DNA from: a virus
Lineage: Duplodnaviria > Caudoviricetes
DNA: 59,229 nt
Virus record (IMG/VR): IMGVR_UViG_3300045303_000229
Location: 1 to 59,229 of that record
Direction: 5' to 3' (one strand)
Both the position numbers and the translations under genes were made by a program. Under the pieces are notes generated by a model that saw nothing but the letters and a program-made list of their open reading frames with translations, was not told where the DNA came from and did no database searches. Shown one piece after another: positions 1 to 9,536 of this stretch; positions within the stretch are counted from its first letter, which is position 1, and every line of letters begins with the position of its first letter.

Positions 1-16
1 CTGTGCCGCCGCCGTC

Positions 17-102
17 GGGGGCATTCCTGCTGCCATCTGCAGACCGCCCATGATCATGGGGGCATTCCTGCTGCCATCTGCAGACCGCCCATGATCATGG
101 GG
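17..102. repeat. 41-bp tandem duplication
   Basis: gggggcattcctgctgccatctgcagaccgcccatgatcat at 17-57 and 58-98, followed by gggg. Confidence 0.95.
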
Positions 103-686
103 CCGTATTTCTGTAGGTCCGAAGGCGCCGGCTGCCCGGCGTTCGCCGCGCTGTAGCCCTGCAGGGCGCCAGACCGCCCACCAAGCACGCCCTGCAGATC
201 CTGCCCCCGCAGCCCCTGCAGCAGCCCGCCGTACGCCTGCTGCGCCTGGTTGCGCTCCTGCAGCCCTGCGATGGCCTGCTGGCCAGCGAGCCCGGCTCCG
301 AGCCGGCCCGACTGGATCATCGCCTGCCGTGCCGCCATCGCCGAGTTTCCCGGGCGTGCGCTCGCGGCCATCGACTGGAGCTGACCCTGTTGCTGAAGCA
401 GGCCCTGGCGCAGCTGCTCCGCGCTGACTGAGTTCTGGCCGTTCGCCGTCGCCTGAAGCGCATCGAGCGCGCCGGTCCCGCGTGCGCCGAGCGCCTGGTA
501 GCCCTTGGTCGCCTGTCCAGCAAACCGGCCAGATGCCGCCGCCTGTGCCATAAGCTTGCGCTTGCGGTCAGCTTCGAGGGCCGCGTCCGGAGATGTGGCG
601 AAATTGTCGAGCACGCCCAAGGCTCCGCCAGTCACCACGTTGAGCGCATCCGTGGCGGACCATGATGTCGGATCCCATAGTGACAT
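54..686 (-). CDS. Probable internal virion (ejection/DNA pilot) protein
   Basis: Gln/Ala/Gly-rich helical protein located between the nozzle gene and the large ejection-protein genes across the junction. Its C-terminus is affected by the 41-bp duplication. Confidence 0.6.
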   Translation of the reverse strand: MSLWDPTSWSATDALNVVTGGALGVLDNFATSPDAALEADRKRKLMAQAAASGRFAGQATKGYQALGARGTGALDALQATANGQNSVSAEQLRQGLLQQQGQLQSMAASARPGNSAMAARQAMIQSGRLGAGLAGQQAIAGLQERNQAQQAYGGLLQGLRGQDLQGVLGGRSGALQGYSAANAGQPAPSDLQKYGPMIMGGLQMAAGMPP

Positions 687-729
687 TAGTTCACGCTTTC
701 AGCAGGTTGGCTTGTAGCTTTATGTAGCA

Positions 730-758
730 TGGCGTACACAGTGAACGCGACTTAGAAT
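730..758 (+). promoter_or_regulatory. sigma70-type promoter, leaderless, for the lipoprotein gene
   Basis: TGGCGT-17 nt-TAGAAT, then 6 nt to ATG 765. Confidence 0.55.
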
Positions 759-764
759 GGTCGC

Positions 765-965
765 ATGGCGAAAATCCTTGCGGTCCTGGTCCTGGCCCTC
801 GCGGCGTGCGGAGTCGACCAGCCGTTGCCCTCGTGCGCGTCCATCGGTTGCCCCATTGCCCCGTCGGGGATCGATGTACGCTGGGAGCCATGCACCGACA
901 CGGTCTGTTGGTGCCGCGATGCGAGCGCGGGCGGCGAGCCTGTAGAGTGCGAGCTCGATCACTAG
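765..965 (+). CDS. Small Cys-rich lipoprotein (moron-like)
   Basis: Signal peptide with lipobox LAAC and 6 further Cys. Antisense to the structural operon, with its own promoter. Confidence 0.75.
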   Translation: MAKILAVLVLALAACGVDQPLPSCASIGCPIAPSGIDVRWEPCTDTVCWCRDASAGGEPVECELDH

Positions 966-3900
966 GTCTTCTGCCCCGGGGGCAGCCTCCGGTAGAGCCC
1001 CGGCTTGACCCCGACCTCGAGCCCGATGCCGGTCAGCTTCGCGCATTCTCCGGTCGGGGATCCGTAGGCACCCCCGGCGAACGAGCCGACAGAGCCCCTG
1101 CCGAGGTACGCAGCGAATGAGGTGATCCGCGCCTCGATATTGTCAGCCATACCGGCAGCGGTCGTCCCGCCATTCGCTCCTATGTACAGCGCAGAGATAT
1201 CTAGCTTTGCACCAACACCCCCAGTGATGCTCACACGCGTTGGATCCGAGTTACTGATCGACCCGAATCCGATAGTGCTACCCATCGGACTCAGCGCTAC
1301 ACCTCCTCCGGATATCGACCTGACCGCAACACGCGCCTTACCAACGCTGCGATCCATCACCGCCATTATGACCACCCAATCGTTGTTGAGCATGGCATCG
1401 GCAGGGGTTTCTGTGACGATGAAACCAGGTGATGGCCCTGCGTTAAAATTTACCGCGCCATTCGTCTGAATAAGGATCGAATATCCTGTACCACCCACGA
1501 AATTGGACTTGGATAACGGGTAGGTAGTGTCAATTAATGGCCTTCCGGTACGTGCCACCATGGCAACACACAGGTCCCCGGCTGCGACGTCGAGAAAAGT
1601 TCCGTTAGGCGCGAAGAATCCGGTACTCTGTACGAAAATCTCGACCGCCTTGTCTCCTAGCGGACCCGCCACCTGGTAAGCAGGAGACCCTCCGCCTGGG
1701 TTCTGCGCCAAGTTGGTACCGCCGAACGATGCCGACATCGCAGCGGACGCATCCTCGCACAGGTAGCCAGCGGTCCACGTTCCGCCGCCGACCGCTGCGT
1801 TCATCGCGACCGCAGTGGACGGGAACACGGATCCTGGCATCGTCGCCGCGTTAATGATCTTGCTCGGCGTGGGATCGGCCGAGGTCAGTGTAGCAAGTGT
1901 AGTTGCTGCCACGATTGCGGTCTCGAGTTGGGCCACAGTCGGGCTCGACCCGGTACGGCACACGACGCGCACTCCAATGTTGTTCACGTCTTCGCGCCAC
2001 CGCTGGAGGCAGCGATCCCATGCGAAGTGGTCGCGCACGTCGATCGCGAACGGAGTTCCGTCGTCGAACCCTACGCTCATGGTGATGGCGTTGCCCATCA
2101 CCCCGGGTAACGCAGCCGTCCACGTCGCCGTCCAGACCGTGCCGGACGTAGCGACCTGCGGGGAGAGCGCCGTGGTTGCGAGGGTGGCGCGTACGGCATC
2201 CGTGACAGCGGTCATGCGGACCTTGATCGCCTCGCACTGCCCGTTGCCTGACGACGGCGAGTGACGAACCTGGAGCGCGCTTCCGACCACCGTCGGAGTC
2301 GGCGCCCACGCAACGTCATCGTAGTAGACCGGGTTTCCGGACACGTCGTACTGGTAATCCCGTGCGACCCGAAGGCGCATGAGCCATCCGGTCGACCGCA
2401 ACTCCCCAAGGATCTCGAACAAGCGAACTCGGACTCCTCCCTGAAGGTCAGCGGTCTTGATCCATGTGGTCTCGAGATCGAACCCGTAGTTCACACCGCT
2501 CGCGTAGGTGGCCTGCTCGATCTTCGGGCCGGTAGTAGTCAAGTAGACGTACGACCCGTTCCAGATCGTGGCGTGCACCCCGTCGGAGATCGTCGCCTCG
2601 GACCACTGGCCGATCGGTTGCTCCTCGGACACGTTCCAGTAGTCCCACATGATCAAGCGCGCGTTCGTGAGGATCCGAACGTGGTGCTGGGTCTCGACGA
2701 CGTGAGCCGCGAGCACTGTGTCACCGTCGAACGACGACACCGCACGGCCGATGTACTTGATGCCCGCGCCGCGATCTAGCAGGTACCAGCCCTTGCGCGA
2801 CTTGAACACGATCCCCATCGGTGTGCTGACGACCGACTCCATCGAGACGGCGCCGACGTCCTGCGCCAGCCAGTTCGCGGGCCCGTAGTTGCTGCCACCT
2901 CCGCCATTGTCGAAGCCCTGGCCCTCGAGCCCGTAGATGGACGTCTCGCGGAACACGACGAGCATCTGACCGAGGAAAGCGAGCGCCGTGATGTCGCCGC
3001 CCGGCGGTGGGATCGGAATCACGAGCGCGTCATTGAATCCTGCGATCTCACCGTCCTCGCGAAGCAGCGAGTACCACACGCTATCCGGTTGCCCGTTCAC
3101 GCCAGCCAAAAACAGCCGTGTGTCCGTCGCGATGATGATCGACGCGCCGGGCGGACAGAGCACACTGAGTACGGCGCCATTTTCCGGGTTCGTCTCGCGA
3201 ACTCCTAAGGTCGCATCGGCCGCCTCGTCGGTCCACGTACGAAACGTATTCGTCTGTTCATTGAACAGATACTGGTTAGGAGCCGTCGTCGCGTTCGGGT
3301 CCACAGAGGACGCCAAGTAGAACGGGGTGGATGCGTCAGAGTTAACTGCGGTCCTCCACACTTCGATCGCTATGGCTCCGGCGGTCATCGTCTTGTGCGT
3401 CAGGTTGTAGGTGATGATCGACCCCATTACGAACCGAGCCGGCCCAGCCGTCATCGTCGCGGTTCCGATCGTCGCCGTCGTGGAGCGCTCGACCTCGCCG
3501 CGTGCATTCTGCCATCGGTACGTCAGCTTGTACCCGTAGGTTCCGGTCGCGACGTTTCCGGCGCCCGACTTGAGCATGTCGAAGCTCCACGGGTAGAAAT
3601 GGAACCCGGACTCGACGATGCGGACGCCGTCGTACTCAAGGATCTCACCGCTCGCGATATAGAGCGACTTTCCGAGCTCGGCAGCGCGTCGACCCGAGCC
3701 GGAGTCGAACGTGAACGTGACATCGCGGGGAGATCGAGCGGCGAACCCCGTACTGGCAGAACCAGTGGTCCCGGCCCCAAGATCGATGCGACGCCGCTCC
3801 GTAGCCGTCCACGAGTAGATCGTCGATCCCAAGGTCAGCGCCACCCCGGGAAGTAGACCGGTAGACGAGCGCAGCCCACCGCCCGAGTTGTAGACAGCCT

Positions 3901-5170
3901 TCGCGACGAGGAACTGGTCATCCCGGTACAGCAGGTACGCGTTCTGCGCCTGCTTCACGTTGTTCAGGGCGACGTCCATCTGAGTCGTCGAATCCGAGCC
4001 AAATGTCATCCAGAGATAGACCTGTCCGTTGTAGTCGAAGGCTCGTGACCCTGGACCTACAAAACTCAGAAACGGCGCTTCGGTTCCGATCGCTCCACTG
4101 CTCGCCACGAAGTTGAACTTTGTGAACCAGCCGCTTGAGAAGAACCCACTCGTTTCCTGCGCCGACCAGAACGCGTAGCAACGGAACGTGCCGCCGGTCT
4201 GCACCGACCGATAACAGGCCGCGATCTGGTTCACCGGAGTTCCAGCGGCTGTGCCGACCGCTTGATTGATCGTGACGTCGGCGAGCGTGCTCGTCGTCAA
4301 GAAATCGCCCTGGATATTGGTCCCGTTTCCCCGGATGACCTGTGTGCTGACACCGCCACCCGGCAGGCTGGCTACAGCGAGCGGTCCATCCGCGGTGCGC
4401 GCCTTGGTTGCCGTCGTGATACTGAGCCCAGCGGTGACCGTCCACACGCGATAACTCGTCGTGGGTGTCAGGCGGCACGCTCCAACGGCCGAATCCTGAG
4501 TGTCGATCCTGACGACATCATAGTACAGGTTGGCCGTCACCGAGACGCCGGTTCCACCCCCGGCGATTCCGGTTGCTGGAGAGGCCGGGTCGATCGCCTT
4601 TACCGCCAGTGTCGATGCCCCGGTATCGATGTAGAACAGCAGCAGTTTGGTGGCCAGCGCCACAACGCGCGGTCGCGCCGATGCAGCACCTGAGATCGAG
4701 GTAGGAGTGACCAAGGTCGACCCGGTAGCCTTATCGAAGGCTGCCACAAATGACACGGTTCCCTCGGACCACACGCGGACGATCGTACCGTTCAGTTCTG
4801 CTTGATCCCCGTCAATCTGGTCGCCGGTCGTGTTCACCACCGGCGTCTCGGTGACCTGACATGCGAGATTCGTCCCGCGCAACGCCCACCCCTGTTGCTG
4901 GGCATTCCAGCTGTACAGGGAGTCCTTCGTCGTGACGAGTAACTCGTTCTCGACGGTGTCAAGGCGTCGGCAGTTCGCCAGAGTGCCGCCGCCAATAATT
5001 GTGTTCGGCATGGCGACCATCGGGCGTCGCACCTGAACGCCCAATGGCTCGTCGTACCAGACGTCGCGAGCGATATCCATCGAGCCCGTGCTCGCCCGGG
5101 CGTCGTCCTTGCTATCGAGCCCAACGCCAAGCGTGAGTTGAACGGGGCGCCACTCGAGTCCGCGAGCCAT
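962..5170 (-). CDS. Tail nozzle / head-stabilisation protein (P22 gp10 / T7 gp12-like) with an inserted C-terminal lectin-like domain
   Basis: 1402 aa, beta-rich propeller-like body (RLFLAG...VWYS; LVVFRETSIY; VGAVSMESVVSTPMGIVF), positioned after the adaptor gene. Confidence 0.72.
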   Translation of the reverse strand: MARGLEWRPVQLTLGVGLDSKDDARASTGSMDIARDVWYDEPLGVQVRRPMVAMPNTIIGGGTLANCRRLDTVENELLVTTKDSLYSWNAQQQGWALRGTNLACQVTETPVVNTTGDQIDGDQAELNGTIVRVWSEGTVSFVAAFDKATGSTLVTPTSISGAASARPRVVALATKLLLFYIDTGASTLAVKAIDPASPATGIAGGGTGVSVTANLYYDVVRIDTQDSAVGACRLTPTTSYRVWTVTAGLSITTATKARTADGPLAVASLPGGGVSTQVIRGNGTNIQGDFLTTSTLADVTINQAVGTAAGTPVNQIAACYRSVQTGGTFRCYAFWSAQETSGFFSSGWFTKFNFVASSGAIGTEAPFLSFVGPGSRAFDYNGQVYLWMTFGSDSTTQMDVALNNVKQAQNAYLLYRDDQFLVAKAVYNSGGGLRSSTGLLPGVALTLGSTIYSWTATERRRIDLGAGTTGSASTGFAARSPRDVTFTFDSGSGRRAAELGKSLYIASGEILEYDGVRIVESGFHFYPWSFDMLKSGAGNVATGTYGYKLTYRWQNARGEVERSTTATIGTATMTAGPARFVMGSIITYNLTHKTMTAGAIAIEVWRTAVNSDASTPFYLASSVDPNATTAPNQYLFNEQTNTFRTWTDEAADATLGVRETNPENGAVLSVLCPPGASIIIATDTRLFLAGVNGQPDSVWYSLLREDGEIAGFNDALVIPIPPPGGDITALAFLGQMLVVFRETSIYGLEGQGFDNGGGGSNYGPANWLAQDVGAVSMESVVSTPMGIVFKSRKGWYLLDRGAGIKYIGRAVSSFDGDTVLAAHVVETQHHVRILTNARLIMWDYWNVSEEQPIGQWSEATISDGVHATIWNGSYVYLTTTGPKIEQATYASGVNYGFDLETTWIKTADLQGGVRVRLFEILGELRSTGWLMRLRVARDYQYDVSGNPVYYDDVAWAPTPTVVGSALQVRHSPSSGNGQCEAIKVRMTAVTDAVRATLATTALSPQVATSGTVWTATWTAALPGVMGNAITMSVGFDDGTPFAIDVRDHFAWDRCLQRWREDVNNIGVRVVCRTGSSPTVAQLETAIVAATTLATLTSADPTPSKIINAATMPGSVFPSTAVAMNAAVGGGTWTAGYLCEDASAAMSASFGGTNLAQNPGGGSPAYQVAGPLGDKAVEIFVQSTGFFAPNGTFLDVAAGDLCVAMVARTGRPLIDTTYPLSKSNFVGGTGYSILIQTNGAVNFNAGPSPGFIVTETPADAMLNNDWVVIMAVMDRSVGKARVAVRSISGGGVALSPMGSTIGFGSISNSDPTRVSITGGVGAKLDISALYIGANGGTTAAGMADNIEARITSFAAYLGRGSVGSFAGGAYGSPTGECAKLTGIGLEVGVKPGLYRRLPPGQKT

Positions 5171-5535
5171 CAGAATACCACGAGGTCAACGGTGATGGTA
5201 GTTCCGAAATTGTTGGCGAACAGGACGACGAATTGCGACGAGTCGATCCCCTTGCCGCCGATTGAGCCCCGCGCCTCAGAGATGAGGCCGACGAGAACTC
5301 CTACGCCGTCCGGAGTACGTGGAGCAGAAGGTAGCGCGCAGGCCACTGGACGTCCTAGGTTGTGCGGGATCCACACGACAGTAGCAGGAGGTAGAGCGAT
5401 ATCTCGGATGACGACCGGAGCGAACTGCGCGATCTCAGCGATACGCCGTTCATGGTTCTGCCTGACGATCTCGGCAGCCTCAAAGTCAGAGATCCGTCGC
5501 GTGACTGGCGGGGTGCGCCTCAATGGTTCCACCAT
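5170..5535 (-). CDS. Small virion/tail protein
   Basis: Probable start ATG 5535 (MVEPLRR), HNLGR motif, translationally coupled to its neighbours. Confidence 0.6.
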   Translation of the reverse strand: MVEPLRRTPPVTRRISDFEAAEIVRQNHERRIAEIAQFAPVVIRDIALPPATVVWIPHNLGRPVACALPSAPRTPDGVGVLVGLISEARGSIGGKGIDSSQFVVLFANNFGTTITVDLVVF

Positions 5536-6251
5536 CCGCCGTCGATGCCGGTCCAATCGACGTCGCCACCGAACCCGCCGTTTTCGCCTCCCCATCCGCC
5601 ACCGTTCCCGCCGCCGCGCATCACGATCCGGCGACGGGGATTGACCAGAGCTCGCATCTGGACATCGTCGGCGAAGCGCAGAGACGCAGCTTCACGCTCC
5701 TGCACCGCCGAGGTCGTGTCGCTCTCAGTCTTGGGTAGCGCCTTGGCAGCGACGCCCCAGATCAGAAACGCCTCGCCATCTCCGGTGACGACGTCGACGG
5801 TCGCGGTATCCGCGTATGCCGAGATGTCTGGTGACTGCGCAACGTAGACGTGCTGATAGGTCCCCGTCGTCGGTCGCGGGAAGAAAACGATCGTCTGGCC
5901 GACGAGCGAGTAGGCGACCGCATCGGCCGTCTGACCCGACCAAGCGTTGCGTTCCTGGACCATCATCTCGCCCAGTTGGACTTTCCTGCCGAGCGAGTCC
6001 ATCACGCGATCGATCCCGATAGTCTCGTCGTGGTCGCTCGGTAACGCGTACGACGTCGCGCCGGTCGCGATAATCGTCGCCGTCGTCTCGAAGTAACGCA
6101 TGCCAGACTTCACGACGATCCCGTAGAGCTGAGCGTACTGCTCGCTGATGAGCGCCTTCCACTCGGGCGTGGAGAGTACGCTGTTGCCCTCCATGTCCGA
6201 GCGCCGTTGGCACCGAAGCACGATGTCACCCATCAGGAGCAGACGCGGCAT
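5520..6251 (-). CDS. Head-tail adaptor (tail tubular A-like)
   Basis: Probable start 6251 (MPRLL). Helical N-terminus, SYALPSD and IVFFPRP motifs typical of podovirus adaptors, and a Gly/Trp-rich tail. Confidence 0.7.
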   Translation of the reverse strand: MPRLLLMGDIVLRCQRRSDMEGNSVLSTPEWKALISEQYAQLYGIVVKSGMRYFETTATIIATGATSYALPSDHDETIGIDRVMDSLGRKVQLGEMMVQERNAWSGQTADAVAYSLVGQTIVFFPRPTTGTYQHVYVAQSPDISAYADTATVDVVTGDGEAFLIWGVAAKALPKTESDTTSAVQEREAASLRFADDVQMRALVNPRRRIVMRGGGNGGGWGGENGGFGGDVDWTGIDGGWWNH

Positions 6252-6252
6252 A

Positions 6253-6624
6253 TCAGGCGTTCGCTCGCTTGAATCCGACGGTGACACTCAACTGCTGCGC
6301 CGCCGCGAGATCGACAAGAGCCTCGGCAGCACTCGTCATGTTGAGCGTGAGCGTCCGCGTGGTCGCGTTGTATGCGCCGGGGACCAACGTGTAGCCCTTG
6401 ACCGCCGATGCCGTGGTGGCTTCGTAGCAGTAGCCCATGATACCCATATACGTCCCCATGTTCTCGTCCCAGACCAAGTTGACGATGCCCACGCCGGTAC
6501 GCGTGCATGTCACCCCGCGGCCGAACACCTCGACCACCGGAGCGGCGCCCGCCCCGGTGAACTTGACGTAGGTCGCATTGATCTCGGGCTCTGAGTATTT
6601 TACTCGCCATGAATCTTGAGACAT
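6253..6624 (-). CDS. Probable capsid decoration / minor head protein
   Basis: 123-aa beta-rich ORF directly after the capsid gene, with an AGGAGG RBS. Confidence 0.6.
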   Translation of the reverse strand: MSQDSWRVKYSEPEINATYVKFTGAGAAPVVEVFGRGVTCTRTGVGIVNLVWDENMGTYMGIMGYCYEATTASAVKGYTLVPGAYNATTRTLTLNMTSAAEALVDLAAAQQLSVTVGFKRANA

Positions 6625-6636
6625 CGCAACCTCCTT

Positions 6637-7875
6637 TCAGATCTGGAACACGCCGTGGTCGCGGGTGTTGTTCTGGATGTAGTTCTTGATCGAGCGCGTG
6701 CGCGTCTCGACGCTGTCAGCGGTGGTCGACCGGAGGTTGTAGTTCCCATCATCGTTGATGATGTGGACGAAGTCCGAGTTGCCACCCGGTCCCAAGCACC
6801 GGAGGTAGTGGCTCGCCGGGTTGTAGAGTCGACCACGGTTCGTCGGGCAGTCCGGGTCGGAGTGCAGGCGGATGGGGCCAGCTGGAGTCGAGATGATTGC
6901 GCGTTCGAACCCATAGGTCATTTCGCCGCCGGCCTGCGAGTACTCAACCTTTGCGTTACCGCGCCGGACCACTGCCCAGAAGTTGATCGGATTCAAGATC
7001 CCGTCGGTCGCCTTGCCGCCGGCCGCGTTGATCGCGATGCCCAGCTGCCCGAAGTTCTCCTCGATGGTCTGGTTGAGACTGATAGCCGAGGTCAGTCGAG
7101 ATCCGGCCAGGAGCTCGACGTACGTCGAACGATCGACTCCGCGGAACGAGTCGCCACCGACTGGCGCAGTAAGCGGGGTGCTCGCTTCCATGCCCTCCAT
7201 GCAGGTGCCGACGTCCGAGAAGTTGAAGAGGAAGTCGTTGTCCGCGAACGAAGTGATCGCCGCAGCCGACGTCAGCGTCACGGTGCCCGCAGAGAGACTC
7301 ACCGCGGCGACGGTCGTGGTCCCGGTCCGGGGCGAGGAGCCATCGGCGTTCGGCGATGCGCCGACCACCATATCGATCTTGAAGTTTCGCGCGTCGTCGG
7401 GGACCACCATCGTGATGACGTTGGTCGAGGCCGATGCGCGCTGTCCGCGGATGCCGGACGTCAGGCGGAACAGGTCGAACGCCTCGCGGTCGATGTGCTC
7501 GGTCGTGACACCATCGGTCTCGAGTGTGACCAGGTCCATGAACGCGCCATCGTCGAGCGAGGCGAGCAGAGACACGCCGTCGATGATGATGTCGCCGTAC
7601 TTGACGAATCGGGTCGCGGCGAACTGCTTGCCCTTCGTGGGACCAGCAGCAGCCTGTGCAGCGACGAGCGTTCCGCCGACACCCTGCGAGTTGCCGAACT
7701 TGATGCTGTAGTTGAAGGTGAGGCCCTTGAAGCTTCCGGTATGGCCGGATGCCTTGCTGGACTTCGGCATGCCGTCGAGCGTCGGATGCGAGCGCATCGC
7801 GACGTCGCCGATCTGGCCGGCGTAGTAGATTCTGAAGATGTAGGCGGTTGCGGTGAGAGATGATGCGGTAGCCAT
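6637..7875 (-). CDS. Major capsid protein
   Basis: 412 aa directly downstream of the scaffold gene, strongly biased codon usage, C-terminal GPIRLHSDPDCP...N...HGVF pattern typical of HK97-fold coats. Confidence 0.82.
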   Translation of the reverse strand: MATASSLTATAYIFRIYYAGQIGDVAMRSHPTLDGMPKSSKASGHTGSFKGLTFNYSIKFGNSQGVGGTLVAAQAAAGPTKGKQFAATRFVKYGDIIIDGVSLLASLDDGAFMDLVTLETDGVTTEHIDREAFDLFRLTSGIRGQRASASTNVITMVVPDDARNFKIDMVVGASPNADGSSPRTGTTTVAAVSLSAGTVTLTSAAAITSFADNDFLFNFSDVGTCMEGMEASTPLTAPVGGDSFRGVDRSTYVELLAGSRLTSAISLNQTIEENFGQLGIAINAAGGKATDGILNPINFWAVVRRGNAKVEYSQAGGEMTYGFERAIISTPAGPIRLHSDPDCPTNRGRLYNPASHYLRCLGPGGNSDFVHIINDDGNYNLRSTTADSVETRTRSIKNYIQNNTRDHGVFQI

Positions 7876-7886
7876 GACAAGCCCTT

Positions 7887-7974
7887 CACCGTCGGATGAC
7901 GGTGTTTACGATCTGGTTTGGTGGCCGTCGGTCTTGTCGGCCTGTGGCAATCCCGCCGTCGGGCTTATCGGCGG
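7887..7974 (-). other. Three tandem hairpins in the capsid-gene leader
   Basis: Stems at 7953-7974, 7923-7942 and 7887-7904. On the coding strand each contains CCGACGG. Confidence 0.65.
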
Positions 7975-7990
7975 TTCTGTAGCTCGTGGG

Positions 7991-9154
7991 TCAGAGAGAC
8001 CCGACCGACCTCAGCTTGGCGAAGTTCGCGAGGAACTCCTCCCGGCTTGGGGCCTTCGGGGAGGTCGTTGATGCGGTGACCTGTGGGGCCAGAACTGGAG
8101 TAGGAGTCGCGACCGGCGCAGCGACGACGGCCGCTGCAGGAGTCGGCGCCGCAGACCCAGATGGAGCGAGCGTCGCCGCCGGTCGGATGGCAGGCTTCAC
8201 AGTCGGGGATTTCAGAATCGAGGGGTCGATCCCGAACATCTCGAGCGTCTCGTCGCGCTTCTTCTCGTAGGCTGCAAGCACCTCAGCGTGCGATGGGACG
8301 TCGCGCAGATCATTGCTCGGGCCGCTGGCGAGGTAGAGCTCGCGCGCCACGCCGAGCAGAGCGCTGCGCACCTTGGCGGGGTGCTTGGCCACAGCCTTGG
8401 CGATCGGAGACTCGGTCGGGATAGCCTTCGTGACCTCGTCGAGGTAGGAAAGCTCCTCGGCCTGCTGCTTCGCGGCGATGTCGCGCTCCTCTTGCTTCTT
8501 TTCCAGATCGGCGAGCTTTTGCTCAAGCTTTTGGACCTGGGTCATCTGCTGGGTCTTCGCGAGGTGCGCTTCCCCGGCAGCCTTGTACCGAGGGTCTTTG
8601 GCGCCTTCGGTGCTCGCCCCGTAGACCAGGCGACCAACACCAGCTAGGTCATCGTCTGAGTACCCGAGCGACTTGAGCAACGCGACCGGGTCTTCGCGGC
8701 CGGCGGCAAGTTTGCGTTCGAGCTCGGCTGCCTTCTCGAGCTTTGCTGACCACGCTGTCTTCTGGTTATCGAGGTCGGCCTGCTGCTTCGCCCGCTCCTC
8801 GGCGAGCTGGCGCCGGGTGTGCTGCTCCAGCTTACGGATCGCCGCCGCACCGGCCTGCTCCTCCGTCGGCTTGGGAGGATCGATTGGGTCTGCTGGCGGG
8901 TCGGCCGGATCGACTGCATCAGACGCGGCGGGGTCGGCCGCAGGCTCCTCAACGGGAGCGGCGTCCGCCGCTGGTGTCGCGACCGCCGGGGCGATTGGCG
9001 CTGCAGGATCCGCCGCTCCACTGCGGGCCGCCTTGAGTCCGGCGAGGGCCGATTCACGAACCCCGGCTCGTTGCTCGGCGAGCACCTCAGCGTCAGAGCG
9101 GGCCGGCATCACGACCGGGGGTGGAGCTTCCGCGGGCACCGGCAAATCAGTCAT
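7991..9154 (-). CDS. Capsid scaffolding protein
   Basis: Pro/Ala/Asp-rich N-terminus, long coiled coil and short C-terminal helix (REEFLANFAKLR), upstream of the capsid gene. Confidence 0.75.
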   Translation of the reverse strand: MTDLPVPAEAPPPVVMPARSDAEVLAEQRAGVRESALAGLKAARSGAADPAAPIAPAVATPAADAAPVEEPAADPAASDAVDPADPPADPIDPPKPTEEQAGAAAIRKLEQHTRRQLAEERAKQQADLDNQKTAWSAKLEKAAELERKLAAGREDPVALLKSLGYSDDDLAGVGRLVYGASTEGAKDPRYKAAGEAHLAKTQQMTQVQKLEQKLADLEKKQEERDIAAKQQAEELSYLDEVTKAIPTESPIAKAVAKHPAKVRSALLGVARELYLASGPSNDLRDVPSHAEVLAAYEKKRDETLEMFGIDPSILKSPTVKPAIRPAATLAPSGSAAPTPAAAVVAAPVATPTPVLAPQVTASTTSPKAPSREEFLANFAKLRSVGSL

Positions 9155-9160
9155 CTGTTT

Positions 9161-9236
9161 CTTGACTATTAGCGGAAAGTTATGGATGGGTCAAGCATTA
9201 CCTGGGTATGCTACTCGGGTGACTACGAATACCCAG
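9161..9236. promoter_or_regulatory. Divergent control region between scaffold and portal operons
   Basis: Minus strand TTGACC-17-TAATAG (9194-9166). Inverted repeats cttgac/gtcaag (9161-9166, 9190-9195) and ctgggtat/atacccag (9202-9209, 9229-9236). Confidence 0.55.
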
Positions 9237-9257
9237 AGTGATCGGATCTACCCATAG

Positions 9258-9536
9258 ATGACGCCGCACGAATGGATGACCCTGATCGAAGACCGCGCGA
9301 TCAGGTTGCGGGCCGCTGGAGTGACGTCGATCCGGATCAACGGGGACTCGGTCACCGTCGGGTTCGCCCCCTTCGAGGCCAAGCCAGCGAAGTTCCCGGC
9401 TGACTCGATCCCGGATCGCCCTGCTGCTGCAGAGGACCGAGTCGAACTTGATCCTCTCGACGATCCGATGACGTTCGGGGGGATGCTGCCGAATCTCCAC
9501 CCCGCCGCCGATGAGCGTACGGAGAACCCCGAATGA
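9258..9536 (+). CDS. Hypothetical protein preceding portal
   Basis: 92 aa, ATGA overlap with the portal start. Confidence 0.65.
   Translation: MTPHEWMTLIEDRAIRLRAAGVTSIRINGDSVTVGFAPFEAKPAKFPADSIPDRPAAAEDRVELDPLDDPMTFGGMLPNLHPAADERTENPE

Noticed and set aside
962-5170. Diversity-generating retroelement acting on tail genes
   Set aside because: No reverse transcriptase and no template/variable repeat pair were visible.
6616-7863. Long antisense ORFs opposite the capsid gene (also 45752-46609, 54994-56052, 41953-42963)
   Set aside because: Expected shadow ORFs in high-GC DNA opposite well-supported genes. They are Arg-rich or low-complexity with no recognisable motifs.
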